Shown: one piece after another, positions 45,759-55,879 of the stretch
Layout of the letters: every line of letters begins with the position of its first letter
Numbering within the stretch: the stretch's first letter is position 1
From: a virus
Length of the DNA: 64,000 bases
Virus record (IMG/VR): IMGVR_UViG_3300036770_007034
Span: 1-64,000 of that record
Direction: 5' to 3' (one strand)
Made by a program: the position numbers and the translations under genes
Notes under the pieces: model-generated
Database searches by the model: none
What the model saw: the letters and a program-made list of their open reading frames with translations, nothing else
What the model was told of the DNA's origin: nothing

Positions 45759-46576
45759 CCCGAGGCGCAGTACTGTTTGCTTTCAACAATGATCGCGTGG
45801 ACTACGTGAGCCAAGCGCAATGGTCTGCACCTCGCATCAATCGTCATCTAGGATTGCCTGTGACCTTGGTAACAGATGTCATGCCTGATGATGTTAGTAT
45901 GTTTGATCAAGTGATTATCCGTGAAAGTCGCAGTGGCGGTACTAGGAAATATGATCACATGAATGCTGACTCATCCGCTAACTGGTATAACCGCGGTCGA
46001 TGTTCGGCCTATGATGTTACTCCGTATGACGAGACGTTGTTGCTAGACACAGATTACATAGTAAGTTCCAGTCAGCTGTTGGCGTTGTTCAATGCTGACA
46101 AAGATATCCTATGCCATCGATACGTACTAGATGTCACTGACCGAAGAAACTTTGCCAGTGATACTAGATTCGGTGATGTAGAATTTCCCATGTGGTGGGC
46201 CACAGTCGTGTACTTCCGCAAGAGCAAGGCGGCCCAATCTGTGTTTGATATGATGCGCATGATCGAAACTAATTGGTATCATTACAGTCGTATCTATAAA
46301 TTCAATCAAGATCTCTATCGCAACGACTATGCTATCAGCATCGCACTGAACACTGTGTACGGACATTTGCCTGACGCTGTGCCCAGCATACCCTGGCCTT
46401 TGTTCACAGCGTTTTATGATGTATATCTCAATCAATTAGATGATGATCGATTCCAACTCAATTACGTTCGCATGGCCGATCATCAAGAACGCCATCAGCG
46501 CATGATATTGGCAGACTGCGACCTTCATGTAATGAACAAACCCGACCTAGGAAAGATCTGTGGCAGTAGAATTTGA
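45755..46576 (+). CDS. GT-A fold glycosyltransferase
   Basis: 'VTPYDETLLLDTDY' DxD motif; 'RNDYAISIA'. Confidence 0.75.
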   Translation: MTRGAVLFAFNNDRVDYVSQAQWSAPRINRHLGLPVTLVTDVMPDDVSMFDQVIIRESRSGGTRKYDHMNADSSANWYNRGRCSAYDVTPYDETLLLDTDYIVSSSQLLALFNADKDILCHRYVLDVTDRRNFASDTRFGDVEFPMWWATVVYFRKSKAAQSVFDMMRMIETNWYHYSRIYKFNQDLYRNDYAISIALNTVYGHLPDAVPSIPWPLFTAFYDVYLNQLDDDRFQLNYVRMADHQERHQRMILADCDLHVMNKPDLGKICGSRI

Positions 46577-47378
46577 ACGCGGCTATCTCATCATAGCACA
46601 GAATACTGATGCCACTGACTACATGGCCTGTGCTCGCGCATTGGCACGCAGTTTGCGTTGGCACATGCCCGACTGCAAGATATGTTTGGTCACTGATACT
46701 CCAGAGAGTGATCCGGTATTTGACATAGTCCGCCCGTTGCCGTTTGGAGATCAAAAAGGATGGGCCAATGACTGGCAAGTGTTCGCAGCCACACCATTCC
46801 GAGAAACCATCAAGCTAGAAGCAGACATGATAGTGACCAATGATATTAGCCACTGGTGGGCATGGTTTGAACATCGAGACGTAGTGATCAGTCATGGCAT
46901 GAGGAACTATCTCAATGAGTCCAGCGAGTGTCGTGCTTATCGGCGCATGTTTGATGACAACGATCTACCAGATGTCTACAATGCCATCACGTATTGGAGG
47001 CTCAGCCGCACTGCCGCTGAGTTCTGGCAGCTGGTGCGCACATTCTTTGAGCAGTGGTCCACAGTAAGGCAGACACTCAAATACTGCGACAATGTACCGG
47101 CTAATACAGACATGATCTATGCCATGGTGGCCAAGTACATGGGCACAGAACTAGTGACTCTGCCCGCGGCCTGGCCCACGATCACGCACATGAAACCTGC
47201 TGTGAATTACCTAAAGACAGATGCACGTCCATGGAACGATGAATTCGTCTGGGAATTAGTGTCCGGAGATTTCCGTATCAACACAGTATCGCAACAAGAC
47301 ATCGTGCATTATCAAGAAAAAGCATTTGCTAAACCATTAGAGGAACATTATGGACGCCTTCTGGCAAGCCGTCGCTGA
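46560..47378 (+). CDS. GT-A fold glycosyltransferase paralog (ExD variant)
   Basis: 'ATPFRETIKLEADM', 'HMKP'; aligns by eye with the preceding gene. Confidence 0.7.
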   Translation: MAVEFERGYLIIAQNTDATDYMACARALARSLRWHMPDCKICLVTDTPESDPVFDIVRPLPFGDQKGWANDWQVFAATPFRETIKLEADMIVTNDISHWWAWFEHRDVVISHGMRNYLNESSECRAYRRMFDDNDLPDVYNAITYWRLSRTAAEFWQLVRTFFEQWSTVRQTLKYCDNVPANTDMIYAMVAKYMGTELVTLPAAWPTITHMKPAVNYLKTDARPWNDEFVWELVSGDFRINTVSQQDIVHYQEKAFAKPLEEHYGRLLASRR

Positions 47379-47700
47379 ACACGATTGGGTTCAACCCGAG
47401 ATACGTCAGGAATTTCGATTGTACTATGATACCCAAGACGGTCGTGTGCTGTTTTACAGCATGGAAGATGTTCCTGGGGATTATCTAGTGATTGACCGAC
47501 ACACGTTCGAACTGCATCGATTTGATATCAAAGTCAAGGATGGTAAAATCATCCGAGTGAAACACCCTGCTAGTTGGAAATTGGTGCCAGCAGACTCTGG
47601 TGAATATGCTTGTCATCCTCAAGACATTACCCTAATAGTACCACCAGCATCGGCACAGAAACAATACTGGAAAGTGGAGACCACACATGAAGAAGATTGA
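47350..47700 (+). CDS. Hypothetical protein
   Basis: 116 aa, overlaps both neighbours, GAGGA SD. Confidence 0.7.
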   Translation: MDAFWQAVAEHDWVQPEIRQEFRLYYDTQDGRVLFYSMEDVPGDYLVIDRHTFELHRFDIKVKDGKIIRVKHPASWKLVPADSGEYACHPQDITLIVPPASAQKQYWKVETTHEED

Positions 47701-48616
47701 TGTAGCAGATCTAGACTGCATCTACTTGAGCTATGACGAACCTCAGAAAGAAGAGTTCTGGGTCAAGATACGAAACATGGTACCTTGGGCCAAACGAGTA
47801 GATGGCGTCAAAGGGTCAGATGCCGCACACAAGGCCGCTGCTGAGGCCAGCGAAACAGATCGCTTCGTCCTTATTGACGGAGACAATATTCCGCAAGAAA
47901 AGTTCTTCAATCTCACATTAGAGTTTCCAGATGAGAGCTGGGAGCAGGCTACGTTCCGTTGGCGAGCCCGCAATCACATCAATGGATTGATGTACGGCAA
48001 TGGTGGATTGAGTTCATGGACGCGAGACTTTGTGCTCAACATGAAAACACACGAAAACACTGACGGTAAAGATGAGACCGTGGTTGAGTTTTGTTTCGAT
48101 CCACTATACTGGCCCATGCACGATTGTTATAGCACTACCTACCCTAACGGATCACCTTTCCATGCCTGGCGTGCCGGCTTCCGAGAAGGCGTGAAGATGT
48201 GTTTAGATCGTGGCCGCAAACCTTCGGTATCGGAGTTCAAAGACAGTGTACACAAACGCAACTTTGATCATCTCACTATCTGGCATAATGTAGGATCTGA
48301 TGTAGAGAATGGGTTCTGGGCCATAGCTGGCGCCCGCCAAGGCACATATATGACCATGTTGAGCGATTGGGATTACAGAGAAGTACAGTGGTTTGATACC
48401 TTAGAGAAGATCTGGGAGTCCACAGTGGCCAATCAAGATCCAGCCGGGGTGATTGACTTCTACCACGAACCCTTGAGTACACGACTTGATTTACCCATGG
48501 CATTCATGCCTCCGTTCCAGAGCGCATTTTTCAAAGATCATTATCGTAGCAACTGGCACAACCGCGGAGTGATGACTCGAGAAATAGATGTGATAAGGCA
48601 GCAAGAAGGATGGTAA
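47687..48616 (+). CDS. GT-A-like protein
   Basis: 'YLSYDEP', 'AAHKAAA..S.TDRFVLIDGDN' (DxD), 'YGNGG', 'AWRAGFREGVK'. Confidence 0.6.
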   Translation: MKKIDVADLDCIYLSYDEPQKEEFWVKIRNMVPWAKRVDGVKGSDAAHKAAAEASETDRFVLIDGDNIPQEKFFNLTLEFPDESWEQATFRWRARNHINGLMYGNGGLSSWTRDFVLNMKTHENTDGKDETVVEFCFDPLYWPMHDCYSTTYPNGSPFHAWRAGFREGVKMCLDRGRKPSVSEFKDSVHKRNFDHLTIWHNVGSDVENGFWAIAGARQGTYMTMLSDWDYREVQWFDTLEKIWESTVANQDPAGVIDFYHEPLSTRLDLPMAFMPPFQSAFFKDHYRSNWHNRGVMTREIDVIRQQEGW

Positions 48617-49596
48617 ATGTCAGAGTGATATCCAGTGATTGCAAAGTTTGGAATCGAGATCAAGTCATCGTAGAAATCGGCCATGCTATGTCTATCAATG
48701 AAGATATTACTATAGATCTCATAAGCGAGGGTCCGTGTTTTACTTCGTTGGAACTGAGCGAGTCGATCTCTCTGATGAGATCGTTGTATGACTATCAAAA
48801 AGATATATCAGTAAAGACCTGTAATCTGTCTCAACAAAGATGCGACGGATTCCAATTTGATGTCCAACCTCCCACACATTTTATAAAGAATACCAAAGAT
48901 AAGTTATCTAAAAATACCCAGACAAAACATCTTACTAAAAAGTTTGGATTGTTTATTGGCAGATCTAATGCACCTCGACTTGATCTGGCCAGTTATATTT
49001 GGAAAAATCACAAAGAAGACACCGTGATGACCTATCATTTTGATACAGAGATAGACTATCACAGAAACAATATTGGATTAGATGACTTAGTCAGATGGCA
49101 AAACACCAAAGATTTGCTTGACGCAGTTGATTTGATAAAGTCATCGCCACTGAAGTTTGAGGAAGTGAGATATCCTATACTCATGGACCAGCATTGTGAT
49201 ATCAGTCGGTTGTCAAAAGATTTTTTGATAGAGGTAGTGTGCGAAACATATTATACCGGAACAACTTTTTTCCCTACAGAAAAAATATGGAGGCCGATCA
49301 TGTCCGGATCTCCGTTTATTGTGCAAGGACCGAGATATTTTTTGCACAAACTAAGAGATCTTGGATTCAAGACATTCGATAAATGGTGGGACGAAGGATA
49401 TGGCGAAGATCCAGCCGCCTGGCAAATAACAGAAATAAAAAAAGTGATAAGTCATATCGCTTCTTTTGATTACGACACTATACAAAAATGGTATCAGGAG
49501 ATGATTCCATTGTTGGATCATAATCGCAAAAGATTTTTAGAACTGAACAAAAAAGATTTATCTTCTATCTACAAGGATTTATCAAAGTATGATTGA
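48610..49596 (+). CDS. 'TEK' family glycosyltransferase-like protein
   Basis: 'EVVCETYYTGTTFFPTEKIWRPI...PFIVQG...L..LRDLGFKTFD.WWDEGY'; AT-rich. Confidence 0.65.
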   Translation: MVNVRVISSDCKVWNRDQVIVEIGHAMSINEDITIDLISEGPCFTSLELSESISLMRSLYDYQKDISVKTCNLSQQRCDGFQFDVQPPTHFIKNTKDKLSKNTQTKHLTKKFGLFIGRSNAPRLDLASYIWKNHKEDTVMTYHFDTEIDYHRNNIGLDDLVRWQNTKDLLDAVDLIKSSPLKFEEVRYPILMDQHCDISRLSKDFLIEVVCETYYTGTTFFPTEKIWRPIMSGSPFIVQGPRYFLHKLRDLGFKTFDKWWDEGYGEDPAAWQITEIKKVISHIASFDYDTIQKWYQEMIPLLDHNRKRFLELNKKDLSSIYKDLSKYD

Positions 49597-51019
49597 TCAG
49601 AACAAAGGCGACGAAGTCGCGGCTGATTTCAAGTCTAAATTTCTCAGTGATGCTGAGATAATGAAACAACGTCTGGACTCGGTAAGTCCCAGTATGTGTC
49701 TAGCCAAATGGAAACAGGTCAGCCTTCATCTTACTACAGGACATACCAACTCCTGCTATCATCCCCCGTTGCATCGTATACGCATTGAGGATATACAGCG
49801 CGGTGGTATCGGACTTCACAATACTGAGCACAAGAAACAGCAACGGAAACTCATGATGGAAGGTACCAGGCCCTCTGAGTGCCAGTATTGCTGGAACATG
49901 GAAGACAACGGCAAGCTCAGTGATCGCCATTACCGGTCGGGCGAACCCTGGGCCGCGAAAGATTTTGAACGGATAGTCAGCGCAGATTGGAGCCAAGATG
50001 TTTTACCAAGTTATGTTGAAGTCAATTTTAGTCATGCTTGTAATCTCGCCTGTAGTTATTGCAGTCCTCAGTTTAGTAGCACGTGGCAACAGGAAGTTGA
50101 ACGGCATGGCAGCTACCCCACTTCGACGCCTCATAATGATCCCGATTATTTTCGCGGCGAGCGTCGCCCTATTCCTAGTCGTGAAGCAAATCCTTACCTA
50201 GAAGCTTTCTGGGAATGGTGGCCCACGCTGTATCCAGAACTTGAGCACTTCCGCATGACCGGTGGTGAGCCTATGATGGACAAGAACACCTTCCGGGTGT
50301 TTGATTATGTGCTGATGAACCCTAGTCCTAAACTGCATCTCAATGTCACGAGCAATTTCTCTGCAGATGAGAAACTGTGGCAACGCTACAAAGGCTATGT
50401 AAAGATGCTGTGCGACGGAGAAAAGATCGAACACTTCATGCAGTACGTGAGCCTTGACGGTTGGCTTGACAAAGCCGAATACATGCGCCACGGCCTGGAC
50501 TTTGGGTTGCTATGGAATCGAGTGAATGAGTTCTTGAGCGAGATACCCGGGCGTAGCAGTCTGACATTCATCATCACTATGAACAATCTGTCGGTGACAA
50601 GTTTTGAACAGCTCATGGTCGCTGTGCTGGGATTGAGACAGATCTATTCAAACACATATCAGCGGGTGTGGTTTGATACTCCTGTGCTCCGTACTCCCAG
50701 TTGGCAGAGCATGCAACTGTTGCCGGAGAGCTATGTAGAGAAACTGGAAGCTGTGTGGGTCTGGATGATGAAGAACATGGAGACCGAAGAAAAGCGTTTC
50801 AAAGGTTTCAAAGACTATGAACTACAACGTCTGGATAGAGATATCGCCTGGATGCGAGACGGACAGAAATTAGAGCCCGACTATATCAAACGGCAAAAAG
50901 CCGACTTCTATAGATTCTTTGCAGAGCATGACCGTCGTCGTGGTACTGATTTCCTAAAGACATTTCCTGAAATGAGTGCTTGGTGGGCAGAGTGTCAATA
51001 TCATGCCAACAACGATTGA
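49589..51019 (+). CDS. N-terminal twitch-domain radical SAM enzyme 1
   Basis: N-terminal CLAKW..SCYH..CQYCW, then CNLACSYC and GGEP. Confidence 0.9.
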   Translation: MIDQNKGDEVAADFKSKFLSDAEIMKQRLDSVSPSMCLAKWKQVSLHLTTGHTNSCYHPPLHRIRIEDIQRGGIGLHNTEHKKQQRKLMMEGTRPSECQYCWNMEDNGKLSDRHYRSGEPWAAKDFERIVSADWSQDVLPSYVEVNFSHACNLACSYCSPQFSSTWQQEVERHGSYPTSTPHNDPDYFRGERRPIPSREANPYLEAFWEWWPTLYPELEHFRMTGGEPMMDKNTFRVFDYVLMNPSPKLHLNVTSNFSADEKLWQRYKGYVKMLCDGEKIEHFMQYVSLDGWLDKAEYMRHGLDFGLLWNRVNEFLSEIPGRSSLTFIITMNNLSVTSFEQLMVAVLGLRQIYSNTYQRVWFDTPVLRTPSWQSMQLLPESYVEKLEAVWVWMMKNMETEEKRFKGFKDYELQRLDRDIAWMRDGQKLEPDYIKRQKADFYRFFAEHDRRRGTDFLKTFPEMSAWWAECQYHANND

Positions 51020-51992
51020 TCCAGATGTAGTACTGAGCTACCTAAGTTCAAACATCACTGATGCAGACTGGCGTATAATCTCAGTGAGAACTTTGCTAGA
51101 GCAGTGGCCAGAGATAGAAAAACAATTATCTCAAGGTCAGATTACAGCGGTGGAGAAAACCGACGAAGGAGTGACTACACTTTGGCATATAGTGACCAAT
51201 GTCCAGTATGCTCCTTGGATCCGTTCCGGGCAACTACGACTAATAACTAGCAGTGATGCTGATTCCAGCATTTCAAATTTCAATGCCGAACATTTCCTAG
51301 CAGCCACGATCGGTAGCCAAGAAGTTCGTTTGCCGCTGACATATACCGATCAAGCAAGGCCTTATACTTTTCTTTTCCCTAACAGAAAGATAAGACCACA
51401 TCGTAGATATCTCATATTGGAATTACAAAAAAGAATGTTGCTGGATCGCGCTCTCTGGAGCTGCCTCAAAGGGCATAACACACAAGGACATCCAGAACAT
51501 ACTCGTGTTTATGCAGATGGAATCAGTATGCCAGTAAAGAAGCTGGATGAAGGATATGATCCAGCGATCGCACCGGACTGGATAGATGGTGTGATATATC
51601 CCCAACAGTATCAACACACTTGGTTTACATTGGTATCAGAAACTGCGTTCGAATATCCTTACAGTTTCCGTACTGAAAAAATCTGGAAACCCATACTAGC
51701 AGGACATCCATTCTTGGTTTGTGCCAACACAGGATTCTATAAAGATCTGCGAAACCTGGGATTCAGGACATTTGATCGGTTGATTGATGAGTCATTTGAT
51801 AGTATAATAGATGGTAAGGATCGTCTAGATCGCTTGATTGATACTGTGGCCTGGTTATGCCAACAAGATCTTGCCGAATTCTGGCGAGCCTCGCGAGAAG
51901 TGTGTTTATATAATCACCAACGTGCTTTGGAACTACATAATAGTCTTGCTCAAAATTTTACTTCCCGACTACTGGAATTCATGAATGCCTAG
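51003..51992 (+). CDS. 'TEK' family glycosyltransferase-like protein
   Basis: Start moved to ATG 51003; 'FLFPNRKIRPHR', 'LVSETAFEYPYSFRTEKIWKPI...GFRTFD..IDESFD'. Confidence 0.65.
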   Translation: MPTTIDPDVVLSYLSSNITDADWRIISVRTLLEQWPEIEKQLSQGQITAVEKTDEGVTTLWHIVTNVQYAPWIRSGQLRLITSSDADSSISNFNAEHFLAATIGSQEVRLPLTYTDQARPYTFLFPNRKIRPHRRYLILELQKRMLLDRALWSCLKGHNTQGHPEHTRVYADGISMPVKKLDEGYDPAIAPDWIDGVIYPQQYQHTWFTLVSETAFEYPYSFRTEKIWKPILAGHPFLVCANTGFYKDLRNLGFRTFDRLIDESFDSIIDGKDRLDRLIDTVAWLCQQDLAEFWRASREVCLYNHQRALELHNSLAQNFTSRLLEFMNA

Positions 51993-53337
51993 ATTACACA
52001 ACGAAACAGACTTGGAATACAAGCGCCGAGTGATTGATATCAAATCGGAAAGTTTCTGCGGAGCCAAATGGTACAATGCCACGATCTGGCTAGGATCAGG
52101 TATGACTACCAGTTGCCATCACCCGCTGCCACACAAAGTAGAGATCTCTGAAGTTGAAACCAACCCCAAAGCATTACACAACACAGCTCGTAAAAAAGAA
52201 GAGCGCAGACAGATGCAGGCAGGGGAACGTCCCGCAGGATGCGAATATTGTTGGAAGATCGAAGACATAGGTCGAGATAACATATCAGATCGTGTATACA
52301 AGACTGTAATCTACTCAGACGAGGAACTCAATGAAGCTTATCTATTACCCCCCTCTGCGGACACAGATCTACGCACTCTTGAGATCAGTTTCGACCGTAC
52401 TTGTCAATTGGCTTGTAGCTACTGCAATCCTGCTTTCTCTAGCACTTGGGTCAAAGACATTAGAAACAATGGACCATATACCCAGTTGGTCAGCGACGGT
52501 CGTAATCACTTCACTCATGATCATGACAGTGCTCAACTTTATCGATACGGTGAAGTCAATCCGTATGTTGAGGCATTTTTCCGCTGGTGGGAAACCGACC
52601 TACATAAGACGCTTAGAGAGCTACGGATCACCGGAGGAGAACCACTCATGTCCGGATACACATGGAAACTCCTAGACTGGTTCAAGGCTAATCAAGGTCG
52701 CAGCCAAACACGTCTAGCCATCAACTCAAATCTGGCCATGCCCACAGAAGATGTGCTACGATTGCTAGACCGCGCCGAAGGTATCACTCTAGACATCTAC
52801 ACTTCTAATGAAAGCATGCCCAACCATGCTGAATATATCCGTGATGGATTGAGTTGGGGCAATTGGATGAAGAACATGCACATGCTGGCCGGTAGCCGTA
52901 GATTGCGTGGACTACATGTGATGTGTACTATCAACGCATTGTGCTTGGAATCACTTACAGAATTTTTAGATGTGATGATCAAGTTCAAAGAACAGTATGG
53001 AAGAGACTTTCCTACTTTTACTTTGAACATCCTACGTTTTCCCAGCTTCCAATCACCATTGGTATTGCCGGACAATATACGTCAGCGTCGGTGCGAAAAA
53101 TTACAAAAATGGTTCGATGATAACAAACACAATGAACTATTGCATCAGATGGAACTGAATCAAGTGCAGAGATTGATCGACTATCTCGATGTAGTCAAGA
53201 CTCCGCATAGCGATACCTTTGATCGTGCGAGCCTGCACAATGATTTCAAACGATTCTACGAACAGTATGACCAGCGTCGAGACAAATCTTTCCGAGATAC
53301 GTTTCCAGGTCTATCAGGATGGTACGACAGCCTATGA
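51985..53337 (+). CDS. N-terminal twitch-domain radical SAM enzyme 2
   Basis: CGAKW..SCHH..CEYCW; CQLACSYC; GGEP. Closest paralog of enzyme 1. Confidence 0.9.
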   Translation: MPRLHNETDLEYKRRVIDIKSESFCGAKWYNATIWLGSGMTTSCHHPLPHKVEISEVETNPKALHNTARKKEERRQMQAGERPAGCEYCWKIEDIGRDNISDRVYKTVIYSDEELNEAYLLPPSADTDLRTLEISFDRTCQLACSYCNPAFSSTWVKDIRNNGPYTQLVSDGRNHFTHDHDSAQLYRYGEVNPYVEAFFRWWETDLHKTLRELRITGGEPLMSGYTWKLLDWFKANQGRSQTRLAINSNLAMPTEDVLRLLDRAEGITLDIYTSNESMPNHAEYIRDGLSWGNWMKNMHMLAGSRRLRGLHVMCTINALCLESLTEFLDVMIKFKEQYGRDFPTFTLNILRFPSFQSPLVLPDNIRQRRCEKLQKWFDDNKHNELLHQMELNQVQRLIDYLDVVKTPHSDTFDRASLHNDFKRFYEQYDQRRDKSFRDTFPGLSGWYDSL

Positions 53338-54671
53338 ACAAAGACAATAATCTCAGTAATTACAACTGGAAAGATCGTGTGCCCACTTATATCGGCCTCG
53401 ATCAGCTCTCTGAGCAACAACAACACAGGTTGATGCACAGCGACAGCTTCTGCATGTTGCCGTGGATCCACTTACACGCATGGCCCGACGGCAGAGCTTA
53501 TCCGTGCTGTTTAGGTAATGCTTCATTTCCTGTAGGCGACTTCAAACAAAAGTCCATGCGCGAGATCTGGAACGACACAGACATGCGAGAGATGCGTCTG
53601 AACATGTTGAACGATCGTCCGTGCCGCCAATGTAGTGATTGCTATGAGCAAGAGTCTGCTGGATTCGCCAGCATGCGCAACAACTCCAACAAGAACTTTG
53701 GCCAGCACATTGAATTGATTGACGAAACTCTGCCGGATGGATCTTTGCCAGACATGCGCCTGCATTACTGGGACGTGAGATTCTCCAACATCTGCAATCT
53801 CAAATGCCGTAGCTGTGGGTCGATCTTTTCTAGCCGTTGGTATGACGATGATGTCAAGCTCTGGGGCAAAGCTCTGCGGCCTCGTGTACAGTTCGCTGGA
53901 CGTCATGAAGAAGACGTGTGGGAGCAGATGCAAGAACACATTCCACATCTGGACCAGATCTACTTTGCTGGTGGCGAACCTCTGATCATGGAAGAGCATA
54001 ATCGTATCCTCAAGCTGTTGATTGAAAAAGGCAACACCAAAGTCAGATTGATCTATAATACCAATCTCACTGAATTGAAATACAAACGTGAAAGCGTGCT
54101 AGAGCTTTGGAAACATTTTCCACATGTATGCGTAGCTGCCAGCCTTGATGACATGGGTCCGCGAGCCGAAGTCATACGGTCGGGCACTGACTGGGCACAA
54201 GTAGAACAAAACATCCGCGATCTCAAACGCGAGTGCCCACATATAGATTTCATGATCTCTCCTACTTTGAGCATGATGAACATCTGGCACTTCGTTGATT
54301 TTCACAAGTACATGATCGAGCAAGGATTCATCGAACCCAAGGATCTCAATGTGAACATCCTTCAAGGACCACGTGGCTATCGCATAGACATGTTGCCAGC
54401 AGACATAAAGCAACGATTCCGCGCCCAGTTCGAAGAACACATTGAATGGCTGCAGGACAAGGATCCTATCCATCGAGCCATCGGCGGGTTTGAAGCTGCC
54501 ATAAACTTCATGATGGCGCAGGACAACAGCGAATTGCTACCGGAGTTCTGGGAAACAGTGAATGAACTGGACTGGGCCCGCAGTGAATCATTGCTAGAAG
54601 TGGTGCCAGAACTTGAAGAGATTGTGCAATATCGTCCAGCATCCACTAGGATACCTCTCAAGAAAAAATGA
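53334..54671 (+). CDS. N-terminal twitch-domain radical SAM enzyme 3
   Basis: CMLPW..PCC..CSDC; CNLKCRSC; GGEP. Start at ATGA overlap 53334. Confidence 0.9.
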   Translation: MNKDNNLSNYNWKDRVPTYIGLDQLSEQQQHRLMHSDSFCMLPWIHLHAWPDGRAYPCCLGNASFPVGDFKQKSMREIWNDTDMREMRLNMLNDRPCRQCSDCYEQESAGFASMRNNSNKNFGQHIELIDETLPDGSLPDMRLHYWDVRFSNICNLKCRSCGSIFSSRWYDDDVKLWGKALRPRVQFAGRHEEDVWEQMQEHIPHLDQIYFAGGEPLIMEEHNRILKLLIEKGNTKVRLIYNTNLTELKYKRESVLELWKHFPHVCVAASLDDMGPRAEVIRSGTDWAQVEQNIRDLKRECPHIDFMISPTLSMMNIWHFVDFHKYMIEQGFIEPKDLNVNILQGPRGYRIDMLPADIKQRFRAQFEEHIEWLQDKDPIHRAIGGFEAAINFMMAQDNSELLPEFWETVNELDWARSESLLEVVPELEEIVQYRPASTRIPLKKK

Positions 54672-55879
54672 AAATACCCCACGATAAATTCTGTGTGTTG
54701 CCTTGGGTCAGCTTAGAGGCCAGTCCCATTGGTACAGTGAGACCTTGCTGTCTGGCCATAGACGAGATAGTGGACGATCAAGGAGAAAAATTCCGCCTGG
54801 CAGGATCTTCGTTTGATGCCATACAGAACAGTCAGCACATGACTACCCTTCGGCAGGAGTTCCTTGATGGTAAACAGCCGCAGACTTGTCGCAGATGCTG
54901 GCAAGAAGAACGAGCTGGTCGCACATCAAAGCGTATGCATACATTAGATCGTCTCAAGCATATGATAGATGATCGTCCATGGACCCAGGATGCCAAACCC
55001 TTGATGTTCTTAGATCTCAAGCTAGGCAACATCTGCAATCTCAAGTGCCGTATTTGCGGGTCGTGGTCTAGTTCTACATTCGCTACAGAAGAACTGAATT
55101 TTATCATCGATCGCGAAGAAAAGAAAACGAGTTTTCATTATCAGATGTTGCGTGATGGTGCTTGGCCCCGCAACAGCGATAACTTCTGGCATCAGCTAGA
55201 TTCTGCCATGAGCGAAGTGCGCTACATTGAGTTCACTGGCGGCGAACCTTTTATGATCCGTGAGCACTTTGATCTTCTGCGCAGACTAGTGGATCGAGGA
55301 TATGCGCATCAGATAGAAATACACTACAATACCAACGGCACACAGTACCCTGCTGAAGCCGAAGATATCTGGCGCCATTTCCGGCACGTGGAGATAGCAT
55401 TCTCTATTGACGATGTGGGAGAGAGGTTTGAATACCAGCGTACCAATGCCGGCTGGGCGGAAGTGAATGAAAACATAGAACTCTTCCGTCGCATGAGATC
55501 ACGCAATCGCAATATCACTCTGCAGGTGTGCTGTACAATCAACGTGTTCAATGTGATGTATCTCGAAGATGTGGCTAACTGGATAGTCGAACAAGACTTT
55601 GATTTCATCTACTGGAACATGCTACATGATGCCTATTACTTCAGCATCGGAACTCTGCCAGAAAAGGCCAAACGTCTGGCCCAGCAGAGATTAGAACAAG
55701 CTCGCATACCAGAACAGTTCCGCGACGAATTTGCCAGGATCATTGACTTTATGAACAACGGTGTGAGTCTAGATGGCAAGCTGTTGCGCATCAAAGCCCA
55801 AGACCTTGATTTCAAAAGGAAAGAGAGTCTGTCTACCGTGATGCCTGAACTGGCATCTTCCATAGACTATGAAGCCTGA
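54668..55879 (+). CDS. N-terminal twitch-domain radical SAM enzyme 4
   Basis: CVLPW..PCC..CRRC; CNLKCRIC; GGEP. Confidence 0.9.
   Translation: MKIPHDKFCVLPWVSLEASPIGTVRPCCLAIDEIVDDQGEKFRLAGSSFDAIQNSQHMTTLRQEFLDGKQPQTCRRCWQEERAGRTSKRMHTLDRLKHMIDDRPWTQDAKPLMFLDLKLGNICNLKCRICGSWSSSTFATEELNFIIDREEKKTSFHYQMLRDGAWPRNSDNFWHQLDSAMSEVRYIEFTGGEPFMIREHFDLLRRLVDRGYAHQIEIHYNTNGTQYPAEAEDIWRHFRHVEIAFSIDDVGERFEYQRTNAGWAEVNENIELFRRMRSRNRNITLQVCCTINVFNVMYLEDVANWIVEQDFDFIYWNMLHDAYYFSIGTLPEKAKRLAQQRLEQARIPEQFRDEFARIIDFMNNGVSLDGKLLRIKAQDLDFKRKESLSTVMPELASSIDYEA

Noticed and set aside
49998-50201. Hydrophobic 67 aa ORF inside radical SAM 1 (holin or spanin-like?)
   Set aside because: Explained by T-ending codons over the conserved CxxxCxxC region; no lipobox and no lysis context.
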